A stretch of 20,000 nt of DNA from IMG/VR virus record IMGVR_UViG_3300012352_000177. One strand, given 5' to 3'. The notes under the pieces are model-generated. The model was not told the DNA's origin. It searched no databases and was given only the letters and a program-made list of their open reading frames with translations. A program made the position numbers and the translations under genes. Of the stretch, positions 9,401 through 15,578 are shown one piece after another (positions within the stretch are counted from its first letter, which is position 1; every line of letters begins with the position of its first letter). Origin of the DNA: an uncultured virus (IMG/VR IMGVR_UViG_3300012352_000177). Its lineage: Duplodnaviria > Heunggongvirae > Uroviricota > Caudoviricetes > Crassvirales.

Positions 9401-10421
9401 TAAGATATTTGATAACTACTTGACTCGATTTACTATATATGAGTATACTAATGCTCGTACTGCAATCTATGCACTAGCAGGACAAGGTATGATCAGTAAG
9501 ACAGAGGCTACATTATTATTAGCAGGTGTAACTACTCGTATGATTACTTACTCATTACTATTAAAAGTATTAGGTAGTTCTTTATTAGGATTGTTTATGG
9601 GTGGAGATGATGAGGATGACGATAAGAGCTTCATGCAAAAACTTGGTCAGTCAGGAGCATCAGCAGCAACAACCTTATTACTTGGTAGAAACTTTGGTAA
9701 CATTATGAGAAATGCAATGGGATATGGTGCTGAGCAATTCAATAAGAACTATCTTACATTACTAAGAGAAGGTGACTACGATGCATACGAGGATGCTATT
9801 CAATACACGATATTGCCTCAAGAGAAGAAACAAGACATGGGTCAAGGTATGGAGCTATTTGATATATATCAAAATATGCTAGGACCTTCAGGACCTTTTA
9901 TAAAGTCACTTGATTACTCACTTAGAAAATTAACTGAGGCAGATCGAGTTGCTCCGAAAGCAAGTGACAGCGATGCTGTTAAGAAGAAAAGGATGGAGGC
10001 TGTAACTAGACAGCAGAGGGAGAGAAACATTCGTGTTCCATTAGAACTTACAGGTACGTTAGGATTTGTACCATTCTATAAAGATATAAGAAAGGTAGTC
10101 AATGAGATGATCTACGCTGATCTTAAGAAGTCTCTTAAAGAACAAGAGGCTAATAAGAAAAAGAAAGAGGAGATGTTGATGGGTTATGAGAGTAAGTCTG
10201 ACATGGAGGAAAACAATCCTAAGCTTTACGAAAGACTTTACGACAAAGGTGGTAAGTATTATGCTGAAGAGGAGATTAGGTTAGCTAATGAGAACCTAAA
10301 AAATCAACTAAGGGATATTGAAAAGAAACGTAAAAGCGGTACTATATCACCTTCGAAAGCTGCAACCTTAAAGAGAAGAGAGAAAAGAAAGGCAACTGTA
10401 AGGATAAGAAGAGCAAGATAA
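414..10421 (+). CDS. Giant (3335 aa) polyvalent phage protein, probable internal virion/DNA-ejection protein with a zincin-like metallopeptidase domain
   Basis: 10-kb uninterrupted ORF with an AT-rich start context. Motif LNP..NTPIHEFGHIW (HEFGH at 5835-5849) with downstream EEALA (6024-6038). Also Gly/Ala-rich amphipathic helices (~2200-3000), an acidic Pro/Glu/Thr linker and a hydrophobic segment near the C-terminus. The ejection role is inferred from size and architecture. Confidence 0.85.
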   Translation: MNEKAIQDAYKLFKQSGYTKSINEFRVLMSSNQNAVNDAYKLFKQSGYTKSVDDFKVLMGSGAQVKKKPTSELDSKSGKLTSVSSTNQKSNGEYTFPGQTGVKFRKENNQWYRKDPTAADYIVIKEPARVKNLEKNALQTTSNTKPKGQVGMEQGYLKKGYQKINNKYYDGKGEIFTNYPGKEGKAYRFSNGQWFEQSQYIDAKNVLANGEDMSVTVLKSPIKDPMRINALNKQFKKWGTSENGVLLGFPGKEQNEYRVVNNQWQRRSPENKTWVNVTNQNSVTALNDYFKKQVKFEPEKVDNLKQDNIYSKNFDTNIKSINSSLIGGEEENAVEVLRKKFPAANGWLFEETGAGDRIIITAPNGQKETFTLDNWTWDDDKRNAQQMIGWMQANNLAPSEKETYDRYKKATVAQGEGAKEEVETIVLPGGGSLNIQQPVLNKMYLKNEEVARQARNEWMPIKSQKVQDIKSQYSAYISDKGALDKHTQERAQAALGALAEDKETIRQVNAYQNDIKYNIESFNKKQKEAELYVTSLNSKFLNGEITKEDFDSQLGSKQKELLDQEQEIKNQIKSSDNLTRTANMAAAENYLVQETKGSLGGGLTLSFIKGMVSPLRLIEGAMGMDTSASAWHKQVTDAIAPIWDYETSLEYLRSEERPDLYKSAFSVAESLGAMAPLIASGGATLLGESALATGTMTAAAFYPMSYYEMKDELENIDMPEEDKIALSSVYGLVSSAFESIGMEYAMGKVSTPIQTAIKRNILKNVVGKEIPKNASKEYIDALVKSETKAYVANLVASTAGSMAVEGGTEALQSLSGAGMKEIYDRYKGNNELFNNEGLQGVMKEALYEGYLGALGGGMTHSVYIASDAVKRGKALNSKELGMLMMAAKTDGMSETLMTNLKSDMLNGRITKTEAEEIANNFQMVRGNMEQMPENLTPEAQSVSLSLMMERDRLDKQVAGKDPNLVKPQTTRIAEINNRLQQISEENAVQEQATGEVPVQSETGVSEEVAGGVSQPTTEQVTTEGEQAKTEVAKQEEKVAPSTEAELDFEVTPEIDQEAVNLEKLLADEGITIETPVTEAPITEETVTEEAPVAEAPLAEAPVVEETVTETPNVEVGGIVRGYETISGEEAVGDVRSKLPNQNNGTVVIEGQDGNQYAVAFSRKGSDGKNIFEQGTTTQRPGYISASVKIDENATPEQIQVAQQEAQRNLEMILPAVVNGSINTQAVNEIMAQQAVAQPSGETGQLPVAETAVVEEAPVTETAPVIEAAPAKKPKAPKKLTKKEVLQKYNDYIDSLIKDEKERSDRRIAQLANQRNSATGQRRTELTQEMQDLEFAFKAKKRGLESKKDDKQAAIDFNEQGNIKPADILFQLDSSQESADKKKELLETATAMMEEAEKEGFSETAFTAEQPEPQVDLITIDIKENTELADKVQRMGLSELIGKKINLVMADQLKVDKGLMGGPFFPLINKLFGKVAWASINDTAAIKIINGAIKSDYTVVYNMNPEAIDSNVAVLDSFERKIQELPKKMQQQVFTEITEYLNEKKFGEKTEEIQKIASESKNLNDLLAKLNELDVDTIAAVVKSVLPSKTVNAGTKIGATLQSQNISIEDIRAENIEQFVADLPAGALTMVLQVTDKNGKKVTKQTAREALMSREQQKAEGLPIHKNYPVYIRGKAVGILKETTPFWNVFKDAINEINVKVAGVVKHSTGRNITSKEALSNEMRSASMTASQARKVSEPTVDMYQKFVSVLSRSIPGVNVVTSQKEFNDLLDNLNTQKLSTKNQKVYGAVYKGKIYLNPSLQNYNTPIHEFGHIWLNVAKTANKDLYNKGIDLIKGSEYVDQIKNNKDYQRVTNEMAKNGATQEEIDNYIYEEALATAIGDKGESFVKASQALKDFKSWLDKLYSFVRKLTGISKYTPEQLQDISLDEFLQAVSVDLLSGEKLFDVTEGSMSDALQLMSKSNNISKIIDAARKNNISDQAIKLVLARKGFAVSDINDAFDTAIQAEENLAETLEGYSELMSKVDAMIARQQKRNTEPSKISKNVDALVRKSDVYQNATDLQKKAIEANTKAKTGTRQTVAPSYGRILGAVGDIENLTSKEKIAIANRIAKLAKDASANLADEIKDLVKSGKISAKQMVSVFNRLKSVNLLNEVSVMKFIDYMAKVFNNAEYAQQVSTAKSLQSKVKNNAKTKLGIANDLISEILIMASINPSLIPSKVFNTYLETMNMLGQRTAVLKLEERGELTQKVADILDAVNEELSVASEMAEQFDNYEQKELNKEGKVDFAKTLKKMIDDGTITEAQADIMRKYKAEIVDSESTKKTEEELAEEKKTLLGVLKKDVITDEAIKDLPSRLERELANSIKSLLKTDAVNRLNNTTLKNLLKLVDNINNGFVPHYAEKMKERLNAINSSSILSSSVKKANPLRVSTVLSKIKAFFTEKYTKRDYVLDMERSISLANIDQVFGDFKTENISESMFEPSRKAQAAFETMFKKAQDKLEKARRDVFISLGKNSNKTIMSDFKIMTYLLQLESNSNPNSKQVNNAVDFINATIAQINRKKSANYTNKDAKFLNEILDKYTNQRSLENKYGKPYGKFTSEEKASVELDINKIYNSFNSAEKASIKTIQEVNDSMTEKAVYTAGIIRGDKINPIADYVPHIVTKDILPGEEISGASDVNNFNNSRKPSTKASNLVERTGTVTAISFDPYKSTSNATKNVLLDFYMTEPIRTARMTINETRKRLEDDGITEQQNLFLNAIENAFEEATKNVLQTNFQQDEILSKAASIITKAGYRSLLGTSTVRTASELLSNMSAVALMEGKAFLKGVSKELRKYTNPEEGLEIMINSGSNAPQRVFGGSTQGGMFIDPAIANSAVGMKDSAAKTKLENTMQMIYNRSLKHPVNWIETTSDVMMSAPDIIVTRPTWFGAYANEFKKVAGKDVDFDKIKANDEAYMNENKDAIEAATKKADKAVFKLSATNNPYMGILRNNISPDSKGIAKTIKIFDNYLTRFTIYEYTNARTAIYALAGQGMISKTEATLLLAGVTTRMITYSLLLKVLGSSLLGLFMGGDDEDDDKSFMQKLGQSGASAATTLLLGRNFGNIMRNAMGYGAEQFNKNYLTLLREGDYDAYEDAIQYTILPQEKKQDMGQGMELFDIYQNMLGPSGPFIKSLDYSLRKLTEADRVAPKASDSDAVKKKRMEAVTRQQRERNIRVPLELTGTLGFVPFYKDIRKVVNEMIYADLKKSLKEQEANKKKKEEMLMGYESKSDMEENNPKLYERLYDKGGKYYAEEEIRLANENLKNQLRDIEKKRKSGTISPSKAATLKRREKRKATVRIRRAR
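426..590 (+). repeat. Tandem 30-codon duplication at the N-terminus of the giant protein
   Basis: AIQDAYKLFKQSGYTKSINEFRVLM (426-500) versus AVNDAYKLFKQSGYTKSVDDFKVLM (516-590), with many synonymous differences. Confidence 0.95.
608..685 (+). other. A10 slippery run plus -1 frame extension (candidate programmed frameshift or transcriptional slippage site)
   Basis: GT-AAAAAAAAAA-CC (A run 608-617). The -1 frame reads KKKTYFRIGFQIGKTYFGFFYQSEK* (TAA 683-685) and has no start codon after the upstream TAA at 578-580. Confidence 0.55.
699..1289 (+). repeat. Three diverged protein repeats [FY]PG..x.[FY]R..N[NG]QW ... L(N/E)
   Basis: FPGQTGVKFRKENNQW..IKEPARVKNLEK (699), YPGKEGKAYRFSNGQW..IKDPMRINALNKQFKK (948) and FPGKEQNEYRVVNNQW..VTALNDYFKK (1158). 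Confidence 0.85.
3370..3528 (+). CDS. Nested +1-frame small basic protein (52 aa) MPFKSKQQVKFLYSQKPELAKKWREEYPNQPLNKLPQKVSKLKQRSLNKKKK
   Basis: Hand translation: ATG at 3370 in an A-rich context (CAGAAGAAAATG), TAG at 3526-3528. It matches my recollection of a small phage hypothetical-protein pattern MPFKS..Q..(F/Y)LY...PE.A.KW......LP.KV. It is shorter than any ORF listed in the track. Confidence 0.75.
   Translation: MPFKSKQQVKFLYSQKPELAKKWREEYPNQPLNKLPQKVSKLKQRSLNKKKK
3681..3725 (+). repeat. 15-bp tandem repeats in the acidic linker (APVAE/APLAE/APVVE)
   Basis: GCTCCTGTAGCAGAG GCTCCTTTAGCAGAG GCTCCTGTAGTAGAA. GAAGAGACTGTTACTGA also occurs on both sides (3660, 3723). Confidence 0.9.
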
Positions 10422-10422
10422 G

Positions 10423-10444
10423 AGTAGTGCCGAAAGGCACTACT
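10423..10444. terminator. Hairpin at the convergent junction, probable bidirectional terminator
   Basis: Perfect 9-bp stem AGTAGTGCC-GAAA-GGCACTACT immediately after the giant gene stop, overlapping the TAG of the opposing gene. U-tracts are weak. Confidence 0.7.
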
Positions 10445-10853
10445 TAAACCTTATGTACTTAAACTCTTTTTGTTTGTCGTAGTAAGCCATTAGCTCATTA
10501 TCGTTAGTGGCTCCTTCTCTGCTAGGTCTACCACCCAACCGGATGGTTCCGTATATAGAGAATATCTTACCATAGATGATACCATCTTCGCATGACCATA
10601 TAACAACGGGGTTTAGTCTTTTATCAGATAACTTGTGTAGTTTACGTATGGCAATAGGGAGAGGATACGCGTCTCTCATGGTACGTATCCTTCCCTTTAC
10701 CTCGACATAAGCAATTAGTTTCTTGTCCTTATCAAAGACCTTATAGTCTACATCGTGTGGACCTAACTTCTCGTATGATCCTCCGAATATTGCAACAAAT
10801 GTTTCTATGGCTTTTTTCTCTCTTCGTCTGTCTTCTTCTGATTCAAAAGTCAT
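10440..10853 (-). CDS. PD-(D/E)xK-fold nuclease-like protein
   Basis: DVDY...YVEVKGR motif arrangement (D...ExK). Confidence 0.65.
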   Translation of the reverse strand: MTFESEEDRRREKKAIETFVAIFGGSYEKLGPHDVDYKVFDKDKKLIAYVEVKGRIRTMRDAYPLPIAIRKLHKLSDKRLNPVVIWSCEDGIIYGKIFSIYGTIRLGGRPSREGATNDNELMAYYDKQKEFKYIRFK

Positions 10854-11031
10854 CGTGCTCTATAGATTTTAAAAGCATACGTAGCTCGGAGATAACGGAG
10901 ATGATATCCTTGTCGACCTTGTGAAACTCACGGTCAACTAATCTTTCATAGATATCAGCTAAGGACTTGTGACATATGTCAATTGTGAAGGCTATACGCC
11001 TTGCTCTGTCCATTTCATTATTCCCCTCCAT
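10843..11031 (-). CDS. Hypothetical protein (62 aa)
   Basis: Tightly packed within the - strand operon; helical character. Confidence 0.7.
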   Translation of the reverse strand: MEGNNEMDRARRIAFTIDICHKSLADIYERLVDREFHKVDKDIISVISELRMLLKSIEHDDF

Positions 11032-11035
11032 ACGC

Positions 11036-11578
11036 TTATCTCATTACAAGACTATTAAAAAAATTATTCAACTTAGATTCCACAAAATCCTCTTGTCCGA
11101 CAGGTGTCCTATCGTTGATCAACCAAAGTATTTTTTGTAGTCTCTCGTACTTTAGTTTGTCACTTAAGTACTTTTGATTCTCCAAAGATAGCTTTTCTAT
11201 TTGTTTATGCAACACCATTGAGTTATTTATTATCTCAATCTCTTGACTTTCTATCAGCTTAGGTTGTATTTCTATAAACCTTTCTTTCAGGTATATATAC
11301 GTTTCGCGGAACTCTGTGTCACTACTAAATAACCAATCAAAGTTTTTCATGTAGTGAATAATAGTTGAATGATCTTTGCCAATTCTTCTACCAATAGACT
11401 TAAATGAATAGTTGTGTTCACGTGCAATCTTTGCATATATAATACGGGCATCGACAAGCTTTCTTTTCCTTGAGTCCCCAAATATATCTATATCTAGTTC
11501 ACCCTCTACTACGATGCGAATTGCATCTAATTCATCCTTTGGTTTCCTCACCTCTAAATACTTCTGTTCTGATTCCAT
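11036..11578 (-). CDS. DnaA C-terminal (domain IV)-like HTH DNA-binding protein
   Basis: SRKRKLVDARIIY...SFKSIGRRIGKDHSTIIHY matches the DnaA domain IV pattern (R..R...AR...Y...S...IG...G.DH(S/T)T.IH). No AAA+ domain is present. Confidence 0.8.
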   Translation of the reverse strand: MESEQKYLEVRKPKDELDAIRIVVEGELDIDIFGDSRKRKLVDARIIYAKIAREHNYSFKSIGRRIGKDHSTIIHYMKNFDWLFSSDTEFRETYIYLKERFIEIQPKLIESQEIEIINNSMVLHKQIEKLSLENQKYLSDKLKYERLQKILWLINDRTPVGQEDFVESKLNNFFNSLVMR

Positions 11579-11786
11579 GTTTATTTAATTCTTTAATTCT
11601 AAATTCTTGTAACTTACTTAACTTTCCATCCGGACGCTTGACCTCGCTAAACAGCACACCTGTGTTAGGTGGTATAGCGATGAGGTCCGGGATTCCATTC
11701 TTATTGGTCTTGATGAGCTTAATGACGTAGTATCCTTGAGCTTCAAGTTCCTTGATACGTTTGGCTTGTATCTGCTGTTCGGTCAT
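11532..11786 (-). CDS. VRR-NUC domain nuclease (putative Holliday junction resolvase)
   Basis: E..IQ ... GIPDL ... FSEVKRPDGKLSKLQ is the canonical phage VRR-NUC pattern. Confidence 0.85.
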   Translation of the reverse strand: MTEQQIQAKRIKELEAQGYYVIKLIKTNKNGIPDLIAIPPNTGVLFSEVKRPDGKLSKLQEFRIKELNKHGIRTEVFRGEETKG

Positions 11787-12031
11787 AGCTCAAATAGTTC
11801 TCTTCGTGTTTCTTCTAATTGTTTAAGCTCTCTATCAAGCTGACCCTTTAATAGATCTAAAGCAACTTTATAATCAATATAACATGGTATATTACGAATT
11901 GTAATCCATTCATAGTCGAAATGAATTTCATCCATTCCTTTAACTATTTTTTCAAGCTGCTCTATTCTTTCCTCATATCCAATTATACATTGGATAAGAT
12001 GTTCTCCTTGTCTAACTTGTTCTACTGTCAT
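11783..12031 (-). CDS. Hypothetical coiled-coil protein (82 aa)
   Basis: ATGA stop/start overlaps at both ends; resembles 12306..12566. Confidence 0.75.
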   Translation of the reverse strand: MTVEQVRQGEHLIQCIIGYEERIEQLEKIVKGMDEIHFDYEWITIRNIPCYIDYKVALDLLKGQLDRELKQLEETRRELFEL

Positions 12032-12309
12032 AGCTTTTCGATTTCTTGTTTAACTTCTTCCCAATATTCAAGCGACAACCCTAAATCTATTTCCCGGTGG
12101 CTATAACATTGGTTGATTAATTCTTGAACTGCAATCAATGCACATTGTTTGGCTGTATATTCATCAATATGACCTTGATAACAATATAGCATTTTATCTA
12201 CTAATTCTTTTGCTTTTTCTTTTGGTGTCATAAATCCATTTATTTTTTTAGGTGTTGCATCTAATATTTTAGATAGCTCATTAATTACTTCTTTACTTGT
12301 TGGCTTCAT
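12028..12309 (-). CDS. Hypothetical phage protein (TPKEKAKEL...AKQCALIAV...YWEEVKQEIEKL type)
   Basis: ATGA overlaps at both ends. An alternative start is possible at 12231 (MTPKEKA). Resembles 18989..19165. Confidence 0.75.
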   Translation of the reverse strand: MKPTSKEVINELSKILDATPKKINGFMTPKEKAKELVDKMLYCYQGHIDEYTAKQCALIAVQELINQCYSHREIDLGLSLEYWEEVKQEIEKL

Positions 12310-12566
12310 AATTCGTCAAATAGTTTTTGGTGTCTTTCAATTTTTTCTTTAAGCATCTCACAGCGTTGCTCTGAAACTTTGATAATATCTTCAATAAGGA
12401 TGCGTACATATCCTACATCAGAAAACTCAACTGATATAGTTCCATCTTCTCTACATGACTTTCGTTTTAACTTTTCTATTTGCTCTTTTTCAAGATCAAG
12501 TGCCTTCCAATTACTTGAGATGCAATCTTGCAAATCATTTGCTCTAAATAATAATTCCTTTGTCAT
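12306..12566 (-). CDS. Hypothetical coiled-coil protein (86 aa)
   Basis: ATGA overlaps with the helicase stop and with the next gene start. Confidence 0.75.
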   Translation of the reverse strand: MTKELLFRANDLQDCISSNWKALDLEKEQIEKLKRKSCREDGTISVEFSDVGYVRILIEDIIKVSEQRCEMLKEKIERHQKLFDEL

Positions 12567-13993
12567 AATAATTTTTTAAAATGTGTAACTGTAAAATCTT
12601 TCTTTGCCGATACGGCTTTGTATATCTCCTTCTCGATGCCTCCCTTGGAGAACAACCAATACACTTTATTGTACTTGCGTTCCTTAGTGGTCATCCTATC
12701 GCGTGACTGCCAATAGCTTGTCGCACTGAAGTCGATGTTGTAGTATACCAAGTAGTCAGCGTTCTTCAACGATATTCCCTCACGTCCGGATACAATCTGC
12801 AGAGCTATCACCTGATAGTCCTCGTTGTCAAACTTATCAAGCTCAGTAGTAAGCTTATCACCAAACACTTGCTTGAGTGCATTAAGCTCTTCCTTGAACT
12901 TGTAGAAGACTCCAATCTTATATTCTGAAAACTTCCATTTTATGCACTCTGCCTTGGTCAGGTCAAGTATCATAGAGTTTCCACTCTCGAACTTAATGGT
13001 ACCACTGCATAGTTGGTGTACCTTCTGCATGAGCTTCACCGGTGTGTCAGCTAAGATTAGCTCTTCCTTCCCCTCGATCAGCAGATCTTTTTTAAGCTTC
13101 TTGATCATTGCGTAGGTCGAAGGCTTCAGGCTAACGTACAAAATCTCTTCTTCTACTTCACTATCAAAGCCTGCTTCTTTCTGCGTGTAGCTTATCATGT
13201 AAGGCTTCATCGCTTCAAGGATGGAAGGCTTTCCCTCAGAGTAGTCTCTGATGCGTAGGCTGTTGATCATTCGCTCCTTTACGTTCACGTGTTCGTTTGC
13301 AAACTTGTAGAACGTTGGGCATCCTCTGAACGGGTTACCGGGAATTGCGCTTACTTGGTGGTACAGCTGTGAGTATGACTCGGGGGTTGGTGTACCCGAA
13401 AGTAAGATGACGTATGGTTTATTAACTTTGATGAACTCAGCCACAATCTTAGCTCGGTTACTTGCCTTTGGAAAGGCACCCATACCATGAGCCTCATCTA
13501 GGATGATTACATCGTACCCGTAATTACCAATGGTGTGTAAGCTCTCGTAGTTGATCACGGTTATCGCATAGCTTGGGTTAAGAAGGTCGTAGTCTCTTTG
13601 AATAGTTGAGATAGCTTTCTTCTTAGTAACAAATAAAACCTGATTAGGCTTCAATAACTCGCATATGCCGAGACTTGTGAGTGTCTTCCCTGTCCTTACC
13701 TCCATTGCTAAATAAACGAAGCGAGAGACGTTTAAAATGTCATATGCTTTTGCGATGATTTCTTTTTGATAATCTCTAAACTCTATCTTCATACTCTTAT
13801 AATGTTCTATGCTATTCTTAATTTGTTTTACCTTGTCTTCCATGTTACGATACATAGGCACCCTCATGGTTACAACATTCTTTCCTCTTCCGATCTTTAC
13901 TTCCTTGATCTTATTTATCGCCTTGAGCATTGCCTCAAGTTGACTAATCATCATCTTAGGTGTGTATCCGGATGGACCCTGTATGATCTCCAT
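12563..13993 (-). CDS. Superfamily 2 (SNF2-like/DExH) helicase
   Basis: Q-motif FRDYQ, Walker A MEVRTGKT, Walker B IILDEAH, motif III LSGTP, motif V SGREGISL, motif VI QSRDR. The helicase core starts near the internal ATG at 13792. Confidence 0.9.
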   Translation of the reverse strand: MEIIQGPSGYTPKMMISQLEAMLKAINKIKEVKIGRGKNVVTMRVPMYRNMEDKVKQIKNSIEHYKSMKIEFRDYQKEIIAKAYDILNVSRFVYLAMEVRTGKTLTSLGICELLKPNQVLFVTKKKAISTIQRDYDLLNPSYAITVINYESLHTIGNYGYDVIILDEAHGMGAFPKASNRAKIVAEFIKVNKPYVILLSGTPTPESYSQLYHQVSAIPGNPFRGCPTFYKFANEHVNVKERMINSLRIRDYSEGKPSILEAMKPYMISYTQKEAGFDSEVEEEILYVSLKPSTYAMIKKLKKDLLIEGKEELILADTPVKLMQKVHQLCSGTIKFESGNSMILDLTKAECIKWKFSEYKIGVFYKFKEELNALKQVFGDKLTTELDKFDNEDYQVIALQIVSGREGISLKNADYLVYYNIDFSATSYWQSRDRMTTKERKYNKVYWLFSKGGIEKEIYKAVSAKKDFTVTHFKKLL

Positions 13994-13995
13994 GG

Positions 13996-14334
13996 CTAAC
14001 GTGTTATTATGTTTTCACACAGAGCACACCTTACCTCATCGTACTCGTAGCTTAAGATGTCGGGGTAGTCACACTGACACTCATAGTCCTTAGGACTTCC
14101 GTCCGGCTTAAATCTGATGTCGTATATCTTCTTTAAGTTAGCACAATGTTCAAACATCTCCTTTCCTTCAAAGTATTTAATTATTAGGTTAAGGTTTCCT
14201 GACTCTAATGGCTCATCAGGTAGGTGAGCGAACATGGCAATTGGTGACTCAGTGATCGCTTCGTAGGTAGCCTTACCTGTAATCAAGTTATGCGAGTTAA
14301 GCATTGCTACGTGTAGTAATTGTTTCTGTCTCAT
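13996..14334 (-). CDS. Hypothetical protein with C-terminal CxC...CxxC (possible Zn ribbon)
   Basis: ECQCDYP...VRCALC; coupled within the operon. Confidence 0.7.
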   Translation of the reverse strand: MRQKQLLHVAMLNSHNLITGKATYEAITESPIAMFAHLPDEPLESGNLNLIIKYFEGKEMFEHCANLKKIYDIRFKPDGSPKDYECQCDYPDILSYEYDEVRCALCENIITR

Positions 14335-14516
14335 TTTGTGCTTTGTTTGTAATCAATTATAAATCCTATCGCAACTATTATGTTCATGCCTATAGATGCT
14401 ACTACCTCTGTAATGTCTTCATAGACCGTTGTCATTAGATGGATGTGTCCTATAGACCAAAAGGGTATGGCTAGGTTCTGACTAATCCAAACTATCAAGA
14501 ACGTAACAAATCTCAT
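14331..14516 (-). CDS. Small membrane protein (two hydrophobic segments)
   Basis: FVTFLIVWISQNLAIPFW and VVASIGMNIIVAIGFII; ATGA overlaps at both ends. Confidence 0.7.
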   Translation of the reverse strand: MRFVTFLIVWISQNLAIPFWSIGHIHLMTTVYEDITEVVASIGMNIIVAIGFIIDYKQSTK

Positions 14517-14761
14517 TTTATCTCGTAGTTAACTTTAACTTCTTGTCTAGCTTTTTGTTCAATAAACTTGACATCTTGCTTAAGCTTTTCAATGTAGCAC
14601 GTGGCATCCATCAGTTCTTCCTGTAGGTGATTTAACCAATCGGTTAAACTCAGGTCATCACGATCGAGCGTTGTCCCATACTTATTGATACCTACCTGAC
14701 TACGCTCGTAGTACTTTGCCATTACCTTCAATACGATTGGGTCTTCTACTTTCTGTTTCAT
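14513..14761 (-). CDS. Phage protein, possible all-alpha NTP pyrophosphohydrolase (MazG-like) fold
   Basis: G..KYG.TL....W..HLQEELMDA..Y contains an EExxD acidic motif; function is inferred. Confidence 0.55.
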   Translation of the reverse strand: MKQKVEDPIVLKVMAKYYERSQVGINKYGTTLDRDDLSLTDWLNHLQEELMDATCYIEKLKQDVKFIEQKARQEVKVNYEIK

Positions 14762-14994
14762 TCTTCTAAATTTAAGTTATAGTCTTCTAATATTCTTCTT
14801 AATTCTTCTCTAAGCATTTCAGATGCTTCAATTTCTAGTGAAGTAGCTTGTCTACCTTTAAAATGTTGATTTCTAATAACACTTCTAAGTTGTTGATCTA
14901 AATTCCACATAGCAATCCTCCATTTGTAGCCATCTAAAGCCTCACGAAGTTCTTCTCTTTCTTCGTTTCCGTCAAACTCAATTGTTACTTTCAT
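14758..14994 (-). CDS. Hypothetical phage protein (78 aa)
   Basis: Overlapping coupling with both neighbours. Confidence 0.75.
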   Translation of the reverse strand: MKVTIEFDGNEEREELREALDGYKWRIAMWNLDQQLRSVIRNQHFKGRQATSLEIEASEMLREELRRILEDYNLNLEE

Positions 14995-15361
14995 CTTCTC
15001 TATATTTAATTTCTTTTTTAATCAAGTCAAGGTGCCACTCAGCTCCACCATATTCAAGTACTGCTTGTAGGTAGTCATCGTCCATATCGCATATCGCGAT
15101 GTACGTTAGCGGTTGCTTGCCATCTACACCCCGGCTGCCTCTTGTTGCATACTTTCTCACAATCATAAAATCATCATCTGCATAGACGTACTTAGGTTCA
15201 ATCTTATCCATGTCCTTAGCACCATATCTCTCATACTCATTACCTCCGTCAACCATGGCGCCATTAGGACATCCACAAGTAACATAGTCATGCCGGCTAC
15301 GGCTTACAATCGTTTCGCCACATTCAAGGCATTTGATTGCGTTATAAACTATCTGTCTCAT
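14978..15361 (-). CDS. Cys/His-rich putative Zn-binding phage protein
   Basis: NAIKCLECGETIVSRSRHDYVTCGC...VDGG. The start was moved to the ATG at 15361 (MRQIVYN) to reduce overlap with the upstream gene. Confidence 0.75.
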   Translation of the reverse strand: MRQIVYNAIKCLECGETIVSRSRHDYVTCGCPNGAMVDGGNEYERYGAKDMDKIEPKYVYADDDFMIVRKYATRGSRGVDGKQPLTYIAICDMDDDYLQAVLEYGGAEWHLDLIKKEIKYREDESNN

Positions 15362-15578
15362 CTTGATATTTTTCTCTAAGTATTTCAAACTCTTTTGTTA
15401 GCTTTTCCATTGTAATATGTTCTGCGGCTCTTACTAATGCGCCTCCAAACTTAATGGATTCAAACATCTCATCCTCATATTTTATCTTGGCTTCTTGCTT
15501 CAATGCATACCAAGCTAACTTATCCTTTGGCATCTCCCACAGCTGTCGGTATAACCACTCTATTGAATTTTCTTTCAT
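15342..15578 (-). CDS. Hypothetical phage protein (78 aa)
   Basis: ATGA overlap with the upstream gene; SIEWL...EAK pattern. Confidence 0.7.
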   Translation of the reverse strand: MKENSIEWLYRQLWEMPKDKLAWYALKQEAKIKYEDEMFESIKFGGALVRAAEHITMEKLTKEFEILREKYQDETDSL

